In this document: positions 14,060 to 28,450 of the stretch, piece by piece
Layout: every line of letters begins with the position of its first letter
Position numbering within the stretch: position 1 is the stretch's first letter
Assembly (NCBI GenBank): GCA_016748015.1
Contig: JAAOMT010000602.1
Span: 571,696-635,695 of the forward strand
Length of the DNA: 64,000 bases
Direction: 5' to 3'
From: Geosiphon pyriformis uo1
Lineage: Eukaryota > Fungi > Glomeromycota
Notes under the pieces: model-generated
Databases searched by the model: none
Seen by the model: the letters and a program-made list of their open reading frames with translations, nothing else
Told to the model about the DNA's origin: nothing
Translations under genes and position numbers: made by a program

Positions 14060-17000
14060 TGGTGCTCCTTGTGAGATATAATTCAACAGAAAACCAGCAC
14101 CAATAGCAATCATCTAAAACAGTGGCAGAATCTGAAGAAACAGGGACAAATCACTTGGAATTTGCAAAATTCTTATTTCAATATTATCACACCCATCTCA
14201 AATTAGCAAATAGTAATTGACCAATAGAATTAGCTTTCAATTGTTACATCAATAAAAGAATTGTATATTATTTGAGAGGTTAAAAAGATCCAGAATTCAC
14301 TTTTAACAATTTCTTTAGTGAACTACTTCAAAGCACTATCCTTACACAAAACTATTTATTTGCACTCCTAATTACAGAAATAAACAGGGAAATTGAAAAA
14401 TACACCAAGCAAAGATTTCTTATCACTTTTGTTGACAAAGAAAAAAAAAGATTACAAACACTAGCCAGAACTCCAAAGCAAATTTAACTACCCACTTGGA
14501 AGAAACAAAAATTTGATTTACTTGTTAATCCATCATATTACCACACATTTGGAAGCACTATCAATATAATAGACATGTTTACAGCAAATACAACAATACC
14601 ACTAAACAGAATCCCATTTCAAAGTAAACAGAAAAAAGCAAAGTTATTAAGAACATATGGCAATTATTTTGAGAGATTTAAATCACAATCTTCAATACCA
14701 TCAGAAGTTCAATTACCACTACTACCACCAGATTTTGGAACCACCAGTCTTTGAGAATTAACCAATTCTAAGAAAGAAAATAGCAATTAGGAAATTAATA
14801 CTAAGAACCTGATCTCAGAAAGCCCAGAAATTCAAATTCCAAGTGTTCTAACTCCAAAAAATCAGAACAATCCCAACTCTAACATTATTAATCAGCAATA
14901 CTTACCTCCAGTAATTATAATCAATCAGCCACCAATTGAACTGATTGTTAAACCAATTCAATAGCTGCAAGTATCCTCTCAATAACAACTGCAACAATCA
15001 CTTTAACAACCACCACAACAACAACTAATAGCATATGCATCAATTGCCAAAATCAAAAAATTCACTGATGAAAAAAATAATATACAAGTGTGGCTGAATA
15101 ATGTGGAAAAAACCATTACAGCCAATAAATAAAATAATGCCAGAACACTCCAAGCCATCCTATACTTCCTCCAGGATACTTCAAGATTTCAATGCATTTA
15201 AGCTTGAGTTCTTATAATATTTTAGCAACAATAATAGTATTAATTGCTTAGCCAATACTTTTACTATCATTAAGCAAAAAAAAACTAAAGCAGTTACTAC
15301 TTACCTAGAATGCTTCCACAGAAACTTGCACCAAATACAAGCCATTAATGCTAATTATTTTATCATAGCCCAAATCTTAAATCAATTTATCTGTGAATTA
15401 TGCAGTAGCATTCTGCAATATATATATTCATTACACCCAGCCAACTTTTAAGCAACCATCATTCACACTAAGAATTTTAAAGTCACAGAACTCGAAACCA
15501 ATTATGTCCAAGCTGTAAACCTAGTAATAAACAGATCATCTAACTTGAATTCCAAATTGAAACAATTCAATGATTCAATTAATCAGAAATTAGAAAGATA
15601 TTTAGCTAACAATCAAGCAATCTATCAATCTTTACAACAACATAATAATTCAGAAAACTCAAATTGTTTTCAAAATCAAGCATGCCCATTATTGTCAACC
15701 AATTAATTATGGCAATCAAAGATGTATATTTGCTATAATTGTGGTAAACAAAGTCATATTAAAACTAGCTACTAAGGTTATATTAATAACCCATAATCAA
15801 AAAATCAATATTGAAACCCTGATTACAGGTTTCAAACTCCAAGTTATTACTTAAATTAAAATCAATACCAATCTAATTACACTCAAATAATACAGCAACC
15901 AATGTACATATCTCCAATTTATCAATTGGCAACACTCATAATATATCAACCACTGTAGCCATCAGTAATGTATTAACTGCAAACCATTTAAACACCACTA
16001 CCAATAACTATGCCCAATAGAAATCAAAGACCAAGAACCATTTAGCAAAACTGGAGATTGGTGATAGTTGTTTATTAACTGATTCTTAGTATATTCTAAC
16101 AATCTTCAGAATTGCATCCAAGAAATTCAAGAACCAAGTACACTTAAAACCTAAATTCTCAAAACTATTTAAGCCTTCTTGTAATCTCTGAAACCACTAA
16201 AACCAACAACCAGAAAACAAACCAAAAACTATTCACCAGCAATATTCCACCAGCAATGGTTACCAACAATAAATCATTAGCAGCCATTTTTCTTTTCAAA
16301 ATCAAAAAACCAACTACAACACCTCTTTTTAGTGGAGCCACTCCTGATGTTAAACCCATTATCACAATGTATACTGATGCCAAGATTGATGTTTAGTCAA
16401 TCAAACTGATTCTGAACAGCAGTTTAGTAGGCAGTATTATTACATAACACCTCATGGACCAATTAGATTACTAAGTTGATTGTGTGGCCAGCACCAGAAT
16501 CATTACAGTTGATAAAACAATCAAAATCTCTATTGGCAAAATCAATAATCTTCCTTTCGAAGTCAATGATATCATTGTTCCTATTAAGATGTTGGTAATA
16601 AAAGCCATTCAGTATCAAGCTTTAGTTGTTAATAACTGGCTGTCTAAGACAAATGCTGTGCTTAACTGGAATGTCCAAGAATTGCAACTCAGCCAAAATA
16701 GTCAGCACATATATATACCAGTAATTTGTGGTTATTTTAAACCTACAACTACATTAGTACCACTAATTGATATTGAAAAAAAAGTAAACAAACCTATCTG
16801 AGAAGCCTATCAAGTCTTGTGAGCTAACACTAATCACAACAAACTGCCACCAGTACTCTCTTAGAATAACAAGAAAAAAGAAAAAAAAGAAGACAAACCT
16901 AAAAAAACCACAGCCACAGAAGAAATAACCAGCAGCTGGAAACAATCATACTTACACAAACCCATTAAAAAGCCACCATATATTCTTCTTAAATATTAAG

Positions 17001-20000
17001 ATTGTGGTAAAAAGCTATCTTCCATAGGAGCATAGATAGCACTTGATAAAAACTACTGAACCAAAACACATTATTATTGCAAGCCATATTATAGAGAACA
17101 CTATGACTATCCAAAAAGACAGAACAAGTGAAACAACAAATCATGTCTCACTTGTGGCAAACAATTACTTGATAAAGGAATGTGAAACAACATTTTTGGT
17201 TGAGAAGAAATGTGTGATACTTTGTGTCAATACATGATCCTCATAAGTAATTAGGTCAGTTATAACACACCTATTACAGCCATATGACACCAAACAATTT
17301 CTCACTTAACTGGCTATTCACATAACAAAGATGAGATCTGGCAAATTGCCAATGTCAAAGTAAAAGATGCTTCACTTAATAAGATTCTGAAGATAAAAAA
17401 CAATTTTTTAGAACTAGTTAATATCATCTTTATTTCCAATTCAGACACATTTTTAGATATTAAGACAGGTCCAAAGAAATTCTACAAGTATTATCAGAAT
17501 TTGGCACCAACAAAAAAAAAGCAAAAACAGTACTTGGAAAAAATAAACATTTGATTATGTAACTATTGTTTAATTTTATATGACTTTCAATATTGTAATA
17601 AATGTAACCTCATTTAAAATTCACCACTGTGCATGATCTACACAATCTTAGAGGAAAAAAAACCAATTAGCAGCTACACATTAGAATTGGAATCAACATT
17701 TCATTCTGATTTAAACTCCAACAATGATAATAATAAAAACAATAGTTTCAGCTCCATTTAAAATAGCAATAATAATAACAACAGTTCAAACTTTAATTCA
17801 AATTCAGAACAATATATTGTGCTTCCTGACCTCACCAAAAAGCAGAAACTTAAATGATTCAGTAATAATAATGAAGATATTATGTCTAAACACATACATA
17901 ATACTAATTCAGAGTTTAATTTGAGATATTTAGGAAAAGAAGTCATCAAATTAGAACCACATTCACACATCTGCATTGATCTTAAAGTAGCACTGGAAAT
18001 CTCAGCAACAATAATGGTTTAATTAGCATCTAGAAGTAGTTTAGCAAAAAAAGAAATCAATATAAGAGAAAAAATAATTGATGTTGAATATATAAGAAAT
18101 ATTATAACCATACTACAAAATAATTCAGAAAAGATTTATACAATAAAGCCAAATAAAAAGATAGCATAGGCAATATTTCTGTCTTTGGTTAAAATAGCTT
18201 AATTAATGTCAATAAAAAAAAGGGAGGAATTAGGGATAACAACAAGGGAGATACAGAGATTCAGATCCATAGGTAAAATAGACATATTAGTTAATATGAC
18301 AGAGGAAAAAATTATTGACAAAGGAGAAATTATCTCTATCTGTCAATTAATTTCTATTCTGTCATATAACCAATATATATTAGTCATAGAAAGGAGAGTA
18401 AAGAATCAAGCTCAAATTTTTGAAGTGGAAACTACTATTTGTGAATTAGAAAAGATTGGATTTACCAATTTTTACATATTAGTCAAAAGCCCTAAACACA
18501 TCAAAATTCTTATTTATAATACAATGAGAAATATTATTGAGATACTAAAAAGAATCATTATCAGATATTTAAGCACTGAAGTTAAAAAACAACCACCAAA
18601 CACTATTCCAGACTTTCTACAATTGTGTAGATATGTAAATATCACATTACAAACAATCTATAAATGGAATGAATGTTATCTGTTCCAACCAGAACAATTA
18701 GAACAGATAAACTTAAAAAATTTAGACCCACTACAACATATGTAGTTTAAAATGTTACTTAACAACTTTAACAACATCTTTGCCAATAAAAATGAATTTG
18801 GCAGAACTAATATAATTTAACATTAAATCAAGACTGGAGATATAATACCAATTAAACAAAGAGCATACCGAATACTATCAACAAGTCATGAAATCATTTG
18901 ACAAGAAATCAATTAGATGTTAGACAACAGATTAATTCAACTATCAATTAGTCTATGATTATTGCCAGTAGTACTAGTTCATAAGAAAAATGGAAAAATC
19001 TGCTTTTGTGTGAATTACCAAAAACTTAATAGAGTAACAAAAGAAAATAGCTACCCAACTCCAAAGATCCAAGAATTTTTCAATGCTTTTAAAGAAAAGA
19101 AATGGTTCTTAACTTTAGACTTAAACAGTGATTACTGGCAAGTAACTATGAAACCAAAAGATAAGGAGAAAACAGCTTTCACAACCCAAGAAGAAAATTT
19201 TGAATTTGAAGTTATGCCTTTTGGCTTAATAAATACTCTAGCAACATTCCAATAGCTCATAGAAATTGTTTATACTGGGCTGTTATGGAAATCAATAGTT
19301 ATCTATTTGAATGATATCAATGTGTTTTCAAAGATATTTGATGATTATCTTTATTATCTACAACAAATATTCAAAAAATTAAGAAAAGCAGAGCTAAAGT
19401 TAAATGCCAACAAATGTTTTTTTGGCAAAATAGAATTAAAATTCTTGGAACATATTGTAAGCAAAAATGGAATCAAAACAGATTCAGATAAAATTGAGAT
19501 AGTTAAAAACTTTCCAGTATTCACCAACTTCACTAAACTATGAGCATTCTTGAGATTTGCAGCTTTATCAAAGACTTTTCCAAACTGGTTCAGCCATTAC
19601 ACCAGATTTAAACAAAGAACACTAAATATAAATGGATGGAAAACCAACAAAAAGCTTTTGATACATTAAGAAGAAAGCTTATTCAAGCTTCAATACTGAT
19701 CTATCCAGATCATAGCAAGTCATTCATAATTACAACTAATACGTCAGGTCAAACATTAGAAATTGTACTATCTCAGAAAAGACCAGATGAAAAAGAACAC
19801 CAATAGTATATGCTAGTTACAGCTTAAGTCTAGCTGAAAAAAACTATAGAACACCAGTATTGGAACACTTAGCAATTTATTGGGCAGTCATGAAGTGGAA
19901 AGAATACTTAAGCCAAAAATTTAACATATATACCAACTATAAAAAATTAACTTTAATCCAGAAGCAAGAATTTGGAGATGATTGCCATACTAAATAAAAA

Positions 20001-20093
20001 ATAGAGCTTTTACCATTTAATTATACAGTACATTACAAAAAGAAAAAAGAAAATAGAAATTCCAATGGTTTATTATAGATAAGACAAATCTAA
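14060..20093 (+). pseudogene. gag-pol polyprotein of D (N-extension, Gag with CCHC ~15730, protease ~16400, Cys-rich ~16980-17640, dUTPase ~17850-18270, RT ~18830-19560, RNase H to stop at 20091)
   Basis: CYNCGKQSH; KLILNSSLVGSII; PVVLVHKKNGKICFCVNY; MPFGL; YLNDINVFS; TTNTSGQTL; many stops and frameshifts. Confidence 0.88.
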
Positions 20094-20123
20094 GAACATT
20101 TCAATTCAAAAATATAACAAAAG

Positions 20124-21493
20124 ATAAATACACAAAAATATCAACAACTTTAATATTTTATAAATACTTAACAGTTCAAGAAGAAATTATCTCAAAAGAA
20201 ATGAAACCATATTAAACAACAGTTCAAATATTTTATCACTCACCAAAATATACTTTATTGAAAAAAAAAAAGAATTCAGATCAACTAACTAAAATAATTA
20301 CAGAACCAAAAAAAAACAATATTATTCAACATGCACTCTGATCTAACAGCAGAACATTTTCACAAAGAAGTAACCATAAAAAGAACCAGAAAAAGATATT
20401 ATTGGTCATCAATATATCCAAACATTATCCAATATGTTCAAAATTGTAATGCTTGTCAGAAAAAAAAAAGAACAAGACCCAGTGAGTCTTTGAGACCAAT
20501 TAAAATAGAACAACTATTTAATCATATTGGGATTGATTTAATCAGATCATTAAAAATAACCAGCAGAGAAAACAGATATATTGCAGTAATTATAGATTAT
20601 TTTACTAAGTGGCCAAAAGCAAAAACTATTCAACAAGCAAATACAAAATCTGTTGCTGAATTCATTCATCAAGATTTAATTTGTTGATATGAATGCCTAA
20701 AAGAATTACTATCTGACCAAAGAACTCATTTTGTAAATAGAATATTAGCAAAATTAAGCCAAATATTTGGGATAAAAAAACCATTATCATTACCATATTA
20801 TTTACAAACCAATGGCTTAGTCAAAAGATTCAATAGAACATTGTGTAAAGCAATTGCCAAAATCAGCCAAAAAAATCAAGACAAATAGGTTTTGTTTATA
20901 TTATTAGTATTATTTGCTTATTAGACAATAAAGCAAAATACTACACAAGCAACACCATTTGAATTAGTATATGGTAGAACAGCAACATTATCAGTAGAGA
21001 TAGAAGTCAGTACGTATCCAATTAAACCAATAACAGAAGACAATTTTCAAGAAACATTATTGAAAAAACCATATAACTTAATGGAAACACTAAAAAACAA
21101 ATGGTGAAAAACAGCTGATAATATTCAAAAGTCACAAAAAAAAGACACAATAACCAACTACTAGATAAACTAGTTGAATTCAGGATTGGAGACAAAGTAC
21201 TTTTATATTATACTAAAGCAGAAAAACAATGGAATAGAAAATTCAATTCCAAATAGGACAGACTATTTTACATAGAAGAAATTCTAGAAAATGGAGTTTA
21301 TAAATTAAGATGGGACAACAAAATCTTAGCCAAAGCAATATATAATAATCAACTGAAACCATATTACTATATAGTATTATCATTTACCAATAATATTTCA
21401 CAACTGGAAGTATAACAAATACTAGTCTAACCAGATAAGATTCTATGAAATCTGAAACCAATCATAATCATTGAACCAAACACATCAAATTGA
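20124..21493 (+). pseudogene. Integrase of D (separate ORF; HHCC, DDE core, GPY/F-like tail)
   Basis: HSDLTAEHF...CNAC; IGIDLI; IDYFTKWP; LLSDQRTHF; QTNGLVKRFNRTL. Confidence 0.88.
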
Positions 21494-21547
21494 ACAACCA
21501 AAAGAGTATATAAAGACATAGTATATACAACAAAAGCAACAAAGAAA

Positions 21548-22183
21548 ATGAAAATACCAGATCATATTTACATCTTAGCTCAATAATTGTTTTAGGTCTT
21601 AAGTCAACAACAATTAAACATAAATATTGTCATCAACCACCAAACAATCTGTTATCGAAACACTAAACAAAAAGAAAAAAATACATTATACTAGCAATCA
21701 CAAAAACAATCAAAAAACTGGTTAGATAAAATAGTAGAGAAAATAAAAAACACATTTGGGAAAATACTCATAATAAATCCAACAGAAAAACTTTTAAAAG
21801 AAAATTAGAAACAATAGACAGAACAACTTTCAATACTATACTGTTACTATCAGTTGGAACAAAAATTGAACATTCAGAAATTATATCTTAATAAAGCCAA
21901 AAAGATATTTAATCAAAAAATAATACAGAATATTGAAAATATTATTGGAAAGAAGACAAATCTAACACTGCACATTAGAACAATTTATTGATTATACATG
22001 ATATTTCAAAATTACCCAGAAATATTGTTACATTCCAACATGGAAACAATTACTATTAATCAATGGGAAAGAATGAACAACATGCAAATCAAAGATATAA
22101 GAAACAAAGTTGAATAAACAGTATTAGAAAAAGAAGTATTAGACTTAATTCAAAGTAAAAATTTTAATGGAGCTCAATATTAA
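21548..22183 (+). pseudogene. ORF3 of D (unknown function, env position)
   Basis: ATG at 21548, MKIPDHIYILAQ*LF*VLSQQQLNINIVINHQTICY...IRTIY*LYMIFQNYPEILLHSNMETITINQW; homologous to ORF3 in F, G and I. Confidence 0.7.
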
Positions 22184-25100
22184 AAGGAGAAGATAATGTT
22201 ATTTATAAAAAAAATGTATAAAGAAAATAGTAGAAAAACAGATAGACCAATAAGAGAATAGTAGTTAGCACATGAACATATTGCTTAGCAATATGGAGCA
22301 ATATCAGAAATTATAACACATTGCTTAGCAATGTGAAACAATATTAGAAAATTAAGGCACATTGTTCAAAAAATTATAGCATATTACTTGAAAATGTGAA
22401 TAATCTCATAGAACCTAATTATATATATATAGCAAGAACGTTAAAAGCAGAAAAAACAGAATCAGAGCCAAAATCTCTTAGTTTAGATTTTTTTTCCTAT
22501 CTATCCACTAATTACTTCACAGATAGTTCATATCTACTAAAGTAAAATTATCAAAATATCAATAAAAAACTTATCCACATTCAATTTATGTTGCTATCAT
22601 TTGATTGAAAAATATTTATTAGACTCTGATTATTAACACTTCATGTTGATAGCTGTTAATACTTAACCATGCTAGAACAATAACTCTTGATCATAGCTAT
22701 TAACAAGATACTAACTTTATTGTTTTGGCTTACATTTTATTTTCTTTAATTTTCTTTTGTATTTTATTTCTTTGTTGTTTACTAATTAATTAAGGATTAA
22801 GTGCTGAGTTATTGATGTTAAAGATTGTCTGGTAAAAACCCCTACAAGAGAATAGATACTTAAATTTAAAAATTACTTACCAAAGGATTGCTGACTACTA
22901 AGCCAAGAAAAGAATTGACAGAATTGCAATTCTAGAAAACTACTGAAAACAACTATTAAATCTCTGTTTATTATACAAAGGACTCAACCAAAACCTTCAG
23001 ATACAAAAACCTTCAGATATTACCAACAATATTAGTTATTGAGTACCAAGTGACAGGTTTGTTATTTGATTTGAGACTCCAAATAATCACTTATAACAGT
23101 GGTCTTTTAGATGTTCATCTAAATAGTATTAAAAAACAGACAAACAAGAACTATTGAAAGTTCAATTTTAAAAGTACAGATAGTGCTAAATGTGGTTGCT
23201 TCAGAAACAGTATTTTTAATAGACTTTTAACTGAGATGAATGAGTTTATGAATGCAAAAGCTTTTGGTAATTTAGATGGAATGTGGAAAAAAGTGAAAAA
23301 AATGATAGTAGATTCAGCTAATTTTGTCTTTCCCAAACTATGATTCAGTGAATTCAAACAGCCAAAAAATGAGCATTCATCAAAATTTCTTGGGTTGAAA
23401 TTACTTGTTGTCAAGATTGCTAAAATATTAAAAGTAGAAAACAGGTCTGGATATAAACATCTCTTTAAAAAATGGTAGACTATAGACTGTAAAGGGGTTT
23501 TTATGATTGACTTTATGGTTCAAAATGGTGCGACTTCAATAGAAACTATTAAACAATTGTCAGTGGTCAAAAAAAGATGTAAAAAATCCAAGTACTATAA
23601 GTTAGAAGTAGCCAAAGACACAGCTATTAGGAATGCAATTAAGAAATATATAAAAAATTTCATCTTAAATAAGAGGAACATAATTAGAAATATTCTTGAA
23701 TGACCTTTTTGCAAAGTTGTTTTGGATTACTTAGTAATTGGAAACAATTTAATTTTGGAGTCTATGAAAATAAAATTTGAAGTTGACAATATTATGGTAA
23801 ATTGGACAAGGAAATACAAGATCTCACTTTTTCTGTCTGATTTGTGGACTTGTCAATATATGTCTTTGGAGTATATAAGGAATGATGTTTATTTTAACAT
23901 TATAAATGACATTAGTCTAAAAAAATTGGTTATAGTGTTGAACAAGTTGTCTGATGGCAAAGCTACTGGTCTTTCTGATATATTAAATAAGCTATAGAAA
24001 TACTGTGAAAATAAAATAACAAATTGTCTTTTAGATCTGTTAAATTTTTGTCTAAAGCTCAGTGATATTTCAGATCTCTAAAAGAAAGTGTGAGTTTTGA
24101 TAAATCCAAAGTCTTACAAATAGAAGAGCATTCTAATCAACACCCAGCTCATTGTTTTGATTGAGACTGTAAGAAAAGTTTTGTCTAAGATTCTGTTAGA
24201 CCGAATTTTGTCTATTTGTAACATGTATAATATTCTTCATGATAATAACTTTTCAGTCCTTAAAAGTACCTTGATTTGGTCTCTGGTGTTTGTTGTTGAC
24301 TTAATGATAAAAAATACTCTGAAAAAAGGCCAAAAAATTTAGTTGGTTTTGTAGAACATGTGCAAAGCTTATAATTCAATCAGATAGCATTATTTAAGAT
24401 TGAATTTAAGGCATATTAAGATATGTGACAAGTTTATCAGATTTTTTGAGAACATTCACAAAAACAGATTTAATAGAGTGATGACTAATTTCAGCCTTTT
24501 AGATGATTACAAGATTCATAATAAGCTGGATCAAGATGAAGTTTTTTTATTTCTTCTTTGGAGAATCTTTTATAATCCTTTATTATGTGAGGTCAAAAGA
24601 CATAAACACTTATGTGGATACAAGATTAACTCTAATTTTGTGGCAAGATCAGTCAGAGTGAAGGTTGGTAGAGGCAAATTCTTATTTTTTGCTGCTGGTG
24701 CTTTTGTGGATGATATAATATAAGTGAGAAATGAACAGACTTCAACACAATTTATCTTAGACATTACAAGTAAATTTTTTGGTATTAATAACATATTTAT
24801 TAATAGTGACAAGATGGTGGCTATCTTTATCAATCAAAGAGTAACAGAGATGTCTTTGTATATTAATAGTTAACCAATTTCTATTGCCAAGGATGGTAAG
24901 TCTTACAGATATCTGGGTATTTTTCTGTTAATAGAAAGTTTATCCAAACCAAGTCTTGCTAAGGCTTATTCAGATGTTAGGTTTTTTTCAAATATGGTTT
25001 TCAGAAAGACAGTGTCAGATAAGCAGTTTTCTTATTTAGTATTGGTGGTTTTGCAATCTATAATTAGTTATCAGACACAGTTCAGCTTTATGTTCAAAAG

Positions 25101-25870
25101 TGTATGTTGCAAATAGAATGTTATGATAAGAAAAGAGCTCAAATTTAAAGCCAATCTGCTAAAAGACTTTCTTAATAAGGCTTTGCATCACTTTTTTTTG
25201 TATGGTTTAAAGTCTTTTGAACAGATTTAGACTAAAGCCAAGATGGCTTTAATTGTTGAGTTTTCTAATGTTTTTGGAATTCTTGACTAGCTGTTTGAGC
25301 ATCATGCTTTAGATTTGCAAGTTTTAGGATAGATGCCTCTGAACTCTTTGCAATTTCCTGCCAAATTAAAGATTGATCCAAGGAATAACTTTCTGGTTGG
25401 TGTTGTAAGAATTTTTTTAAACACCAAAATGTTCTTGGCCAATAATTTATCCAATACATTCCATAGACTTGGCTACTTTTTGATGTCTAAAATATTAGAG
25501 AATACTTTTTATTTTAATGTAGTCTATTTTTTGAAGCATTTTGGTATTGCTTTTGGGAATGTTTTGTCAAACAAACATGGTTTGGTTATGGATTGAAAAA
25601 CTTTTTAACATTGAAAAAAATTGTGTACAAGAGATTCTGTATCTTTATAGTTTGAAAAGACATTTGCATTTATGAATAATCTTTCAGTGAAGTCTGTTAA
25701 TAATGGTATTGGTTTAGGCTGTTTGAATTCCTCTGCTAAACTGAATTTTTAAAAGTATACAAGCAATTGCATAAAGTATAAAATGGAGCAATTAATGTTT
25801 ACACTGATGGCTCCTTGAAAGATTTGGAGATTTCACAGATTTTTAGCAGTGTGGCAACATACTTCTATAT

Positions 25871-26633
25871 TGTTATGATTAAAATTTATACTTTTTATTA
25901 ATTATCACATGTATTAGCCACTGATGTCACATAAATTAGCCACTTTATTTTTAGAAAGTGATTATTGATCTGATCAATGACCTGACTATTGACCTGATTA
26001 TTGATCTGATCATTAATCTGATTATTGACTTGATCAATGACTTGATTATTGACCTAATTATTGACCTAATTATTAACCTAGTCATTGATCTGATCATTGA
26101 TTACTTTTGATAGCTATATAAGTAATAAATTTCTTAGCTATAGAAAAACATGTAAGAATCAAAAAAAGAAAAAAAATAAAATAACAACTTTCATTTCAAT
26201 CTTTTTCTTATTGCTAATTTCCCTTTTCCTACCTTCAAGTATCTGAATATCTTGGAATAAAAAATTACTTGTTGGTTATTCCTTATCATTTTTCTGAAAC
26301 ATGTAATTGCAACATTTGAAGATTATTGAAATAAAACATGACTGAAGAGTACATCTAATATCTGATATTGAATTCTAAGAGTGCCAATATAAGGCATAAA
26401 ATTATACCAGACATAATTATTTGTTGATAGTATGGACTATTTCTTTATTTTCAAATTCTCTAGTTATCTTTTGAAAAAATAGTGACTGAGATATTTTATG
26501 AGACTGAGCTTGCATATTGAATTCATACTTATTCAATTTGCTTTTTGAAGTTGAATTCCCTTTGATTTCTTTTATTACACTACAATCCTGTTTTTTCTTG
26601 CTATTCATTAGTTTGTTATTCCAATCTGTAACA
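25871..26633. mobile_element. Solo LTR of a third family (763 bp) inside the LINE2 RNase H domain
   Basis: TGTTA...TAACA termini; TSD ATAT (25867-25870 and 26634-26637); the RNase H frame resumes after it. Confidence 0.85.
25964..26102. repeat. Tandem array of 11.5 copies of a 12-bp unit (consensus ATTGAYCTGATY)
   Basis: Direct reading: attgatctgatc aatgacctgact attgacctgatt attgatctgatc ... Confidence 0.92.
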
Positions 26634-26845
26634 ATATTATTGAGATTGGTATAGGTGTTCAAGTAAACAGCTTATTGTTTTCAATGTTATCTAAATTTCA
26701 GGCAATTGCTTTGGCCTTGAAATGCATTTCTTTATCTTGTTTAGTGGTTTTGCACATGGATAGCCAGGCAGCTTTAGAAGCATGTTTGTTAGAGTGTAAT
26801 CTATGTTGGTCTGACTTTCATAATAGGTATTGGGTGAAAAGACAT

Positions 26846-26906
26846 TATTACTCATAAAATATAAAAATTATATTAACACATAAATTAGCCAATCAGAAGT
26901 AGACAT
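26846..26906 (+). mobile_element. Element E: first 61 bp of a family-B1 LTR, interrupted by element F
   Basis: tattactcataaaatataaaaattatattaacacataaattagccaatcag matches the LTR starts at 4617 and 7538. Confidence 0.75.
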
Positions 26907-27769
26907 TGTTACAAGTAATTATTTGGGATTTTAAAGCAAATAACAAATTCGTAACTTGGTGCTTAATTAATTTACTAATGGTTATTTGTATCTAAAGATT
27001 TTGGTTGAGTCTTTTGTATAATGAACAGAGATTCAATAGTTGTTTTTCAATAGCCTTCCCAAATTGCAAATCCATCAAATTTTTTTTTTAGCATAGTGGT
27101 CAGTAATTTTTCTAATAAGTTATTCTCAAATCTATGAGTTCTCTACCCTTATTTCACGGGTTTTTTACCAGTTCTTATGATGTCTGTAACTCAGTGCTTA
27201 ATCTTTTAAATTAATTAGTCAACAACAAGAAATAACAAAAGAAATAAAAATAAAAGAAATAAAATAAAGAAAAAAAATAAAGAAAATAAACCAAGGCAAT
27301 AAACATTAATATCCTGTCAACAGCTATGATCAAGAGCTATTGTTTCAGTATGATTAGGTATTAGTTACTATTAACATAAGTGTTGATAGCAGAGAGTGAA
27401 TTGAGATAACAAATAATTATTTATTAATATTTGGAATGTGGAAGATTGCTTAGATAAAATCTAAACTAAGAAGTTTGTCTTTTCTATTTCTAATACTACT
27501 ACTATATATACATAATTGAAATTCCTCAATTTCTCAATTTTTTACATCAGAAATTCTGAAATTTCTGGAATCTTGCAATTTTTTTAAGAGAAATTCTGGA
27601 ATTCTGGAATCCTGCAATTCTTTGTATAAGAATCCTGAAATTTTTGTAATCTTGCAATTTCTCTGAGAGAAATCCTGGAATTTCACATTTTACTATATCT
27701 ACCTCTGATTGGCTAATTTATGTGCTAATATACTTCTTATATTCTATAAATAATATTATTTCTTTCTTT

Positions 27770-28429
27770 TTAATATTAAGCTCTATCGAAATCTTCCAAT
27801 TCTAATTCTCCATCTTTGAATATTTCTTGAACTTCTTTTTCGAGAATTACTTGTGTTATTTTGTTCTGTAATTCCTCAAATTGAACATTGGTTATTTTTT
27901 CTATTTGATTAATGATAATAGAGTTCATTGCTGAATTAAGTAAGATTTCTGGTCAGTTCTGAAATCCAATTTGTAATCAATAGATGACTCATGCTTGTGT
28001 AGTTAGATTGTTCTTTTCCACAAATTGTTTAAGTTATTGTAATATTTCTGAGTCAAATAATTACTTTGTCTTGTCTGTATATAAGTTTTGAATATTCAAA
28101 TATTGTTTTAAGTGAAAATAGTAAAAGTTTCTTGGAAATTATTGTGTCCACTAATTCTATGTTTCTATCATCAACTTTTAATATTAAGTGACTTTTGGTT
28201 GTGCTTCTATCACCAATTTCACTTTTGTAATTATTTTGTCAATAGTGTTTTCTGTTTTTCTCTGTACTTTATCTTATGGTCTTTTTCTGGTGTTTTTGTA
28301 TCTGATGGTTTGTTGATTGATTGTAATTTCCATCTTTTGTTGTTGTATCAGTTGAACAAGTTGTTGTGTTAGTGAGTGGATGTTGTTAATAATTTTTATT
28401 TTTCTGATGTCTTTTGTCACATCTGCCAT
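27770..28429 (-). pseudogene. ORF3 of F
   Basis: MADVTKDIRKIKIINNIHSLTQQLVQLIQQKMEITINQQTIRY...FYYFHLKQYLNIQNLY; same position as, and homologous to, ORF3 of D. Confidence 0.65.
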
Positions 28430-28450
28430 GTCTTTATATTTTTTTAGTTG

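Larger units (their letters stand above)
13231..23098 (+). mobile_element. Element D: structurally complete family-B Ty3/Gypsy element (LTRs 13231-14057 and 22197-23098)
   Basis: Two similar B2-type LTRs, PBS tttggtgctccttg at 14058, PPT aaaaggagaagataa 22182-22196, and all internal domains; flanks do not form a TSD (ATGA vs GTGG). Confidence 0.9.
23099..26845 (+). mobile_element. LINE2: decayed ORF2 segment (end of endonuclease, RT, RNase H); 5' part missing, 3' part interrupted by element E
   Basis: Colinear with LINE3 58550-61530; KATGLSDI, LIETVRKVLSKIL, AFVDD at 24703-24714, YRYLG, RNase H VYTDGSL...AIALAL...MDSQAAL. Confidence 0.88.

Noticed and set aside
25964-26102. Repeat array as a CRISPR or satellite
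   Set aside because: Contiguous 12-bp units with no unique spacers, inside a TSD-flanked LTR.
26417-26662. 81-aa minus-strand ORF
   Set aside because: It spans the solo-LTR/LINE junction and has no recognisable motif; a chance ORF.
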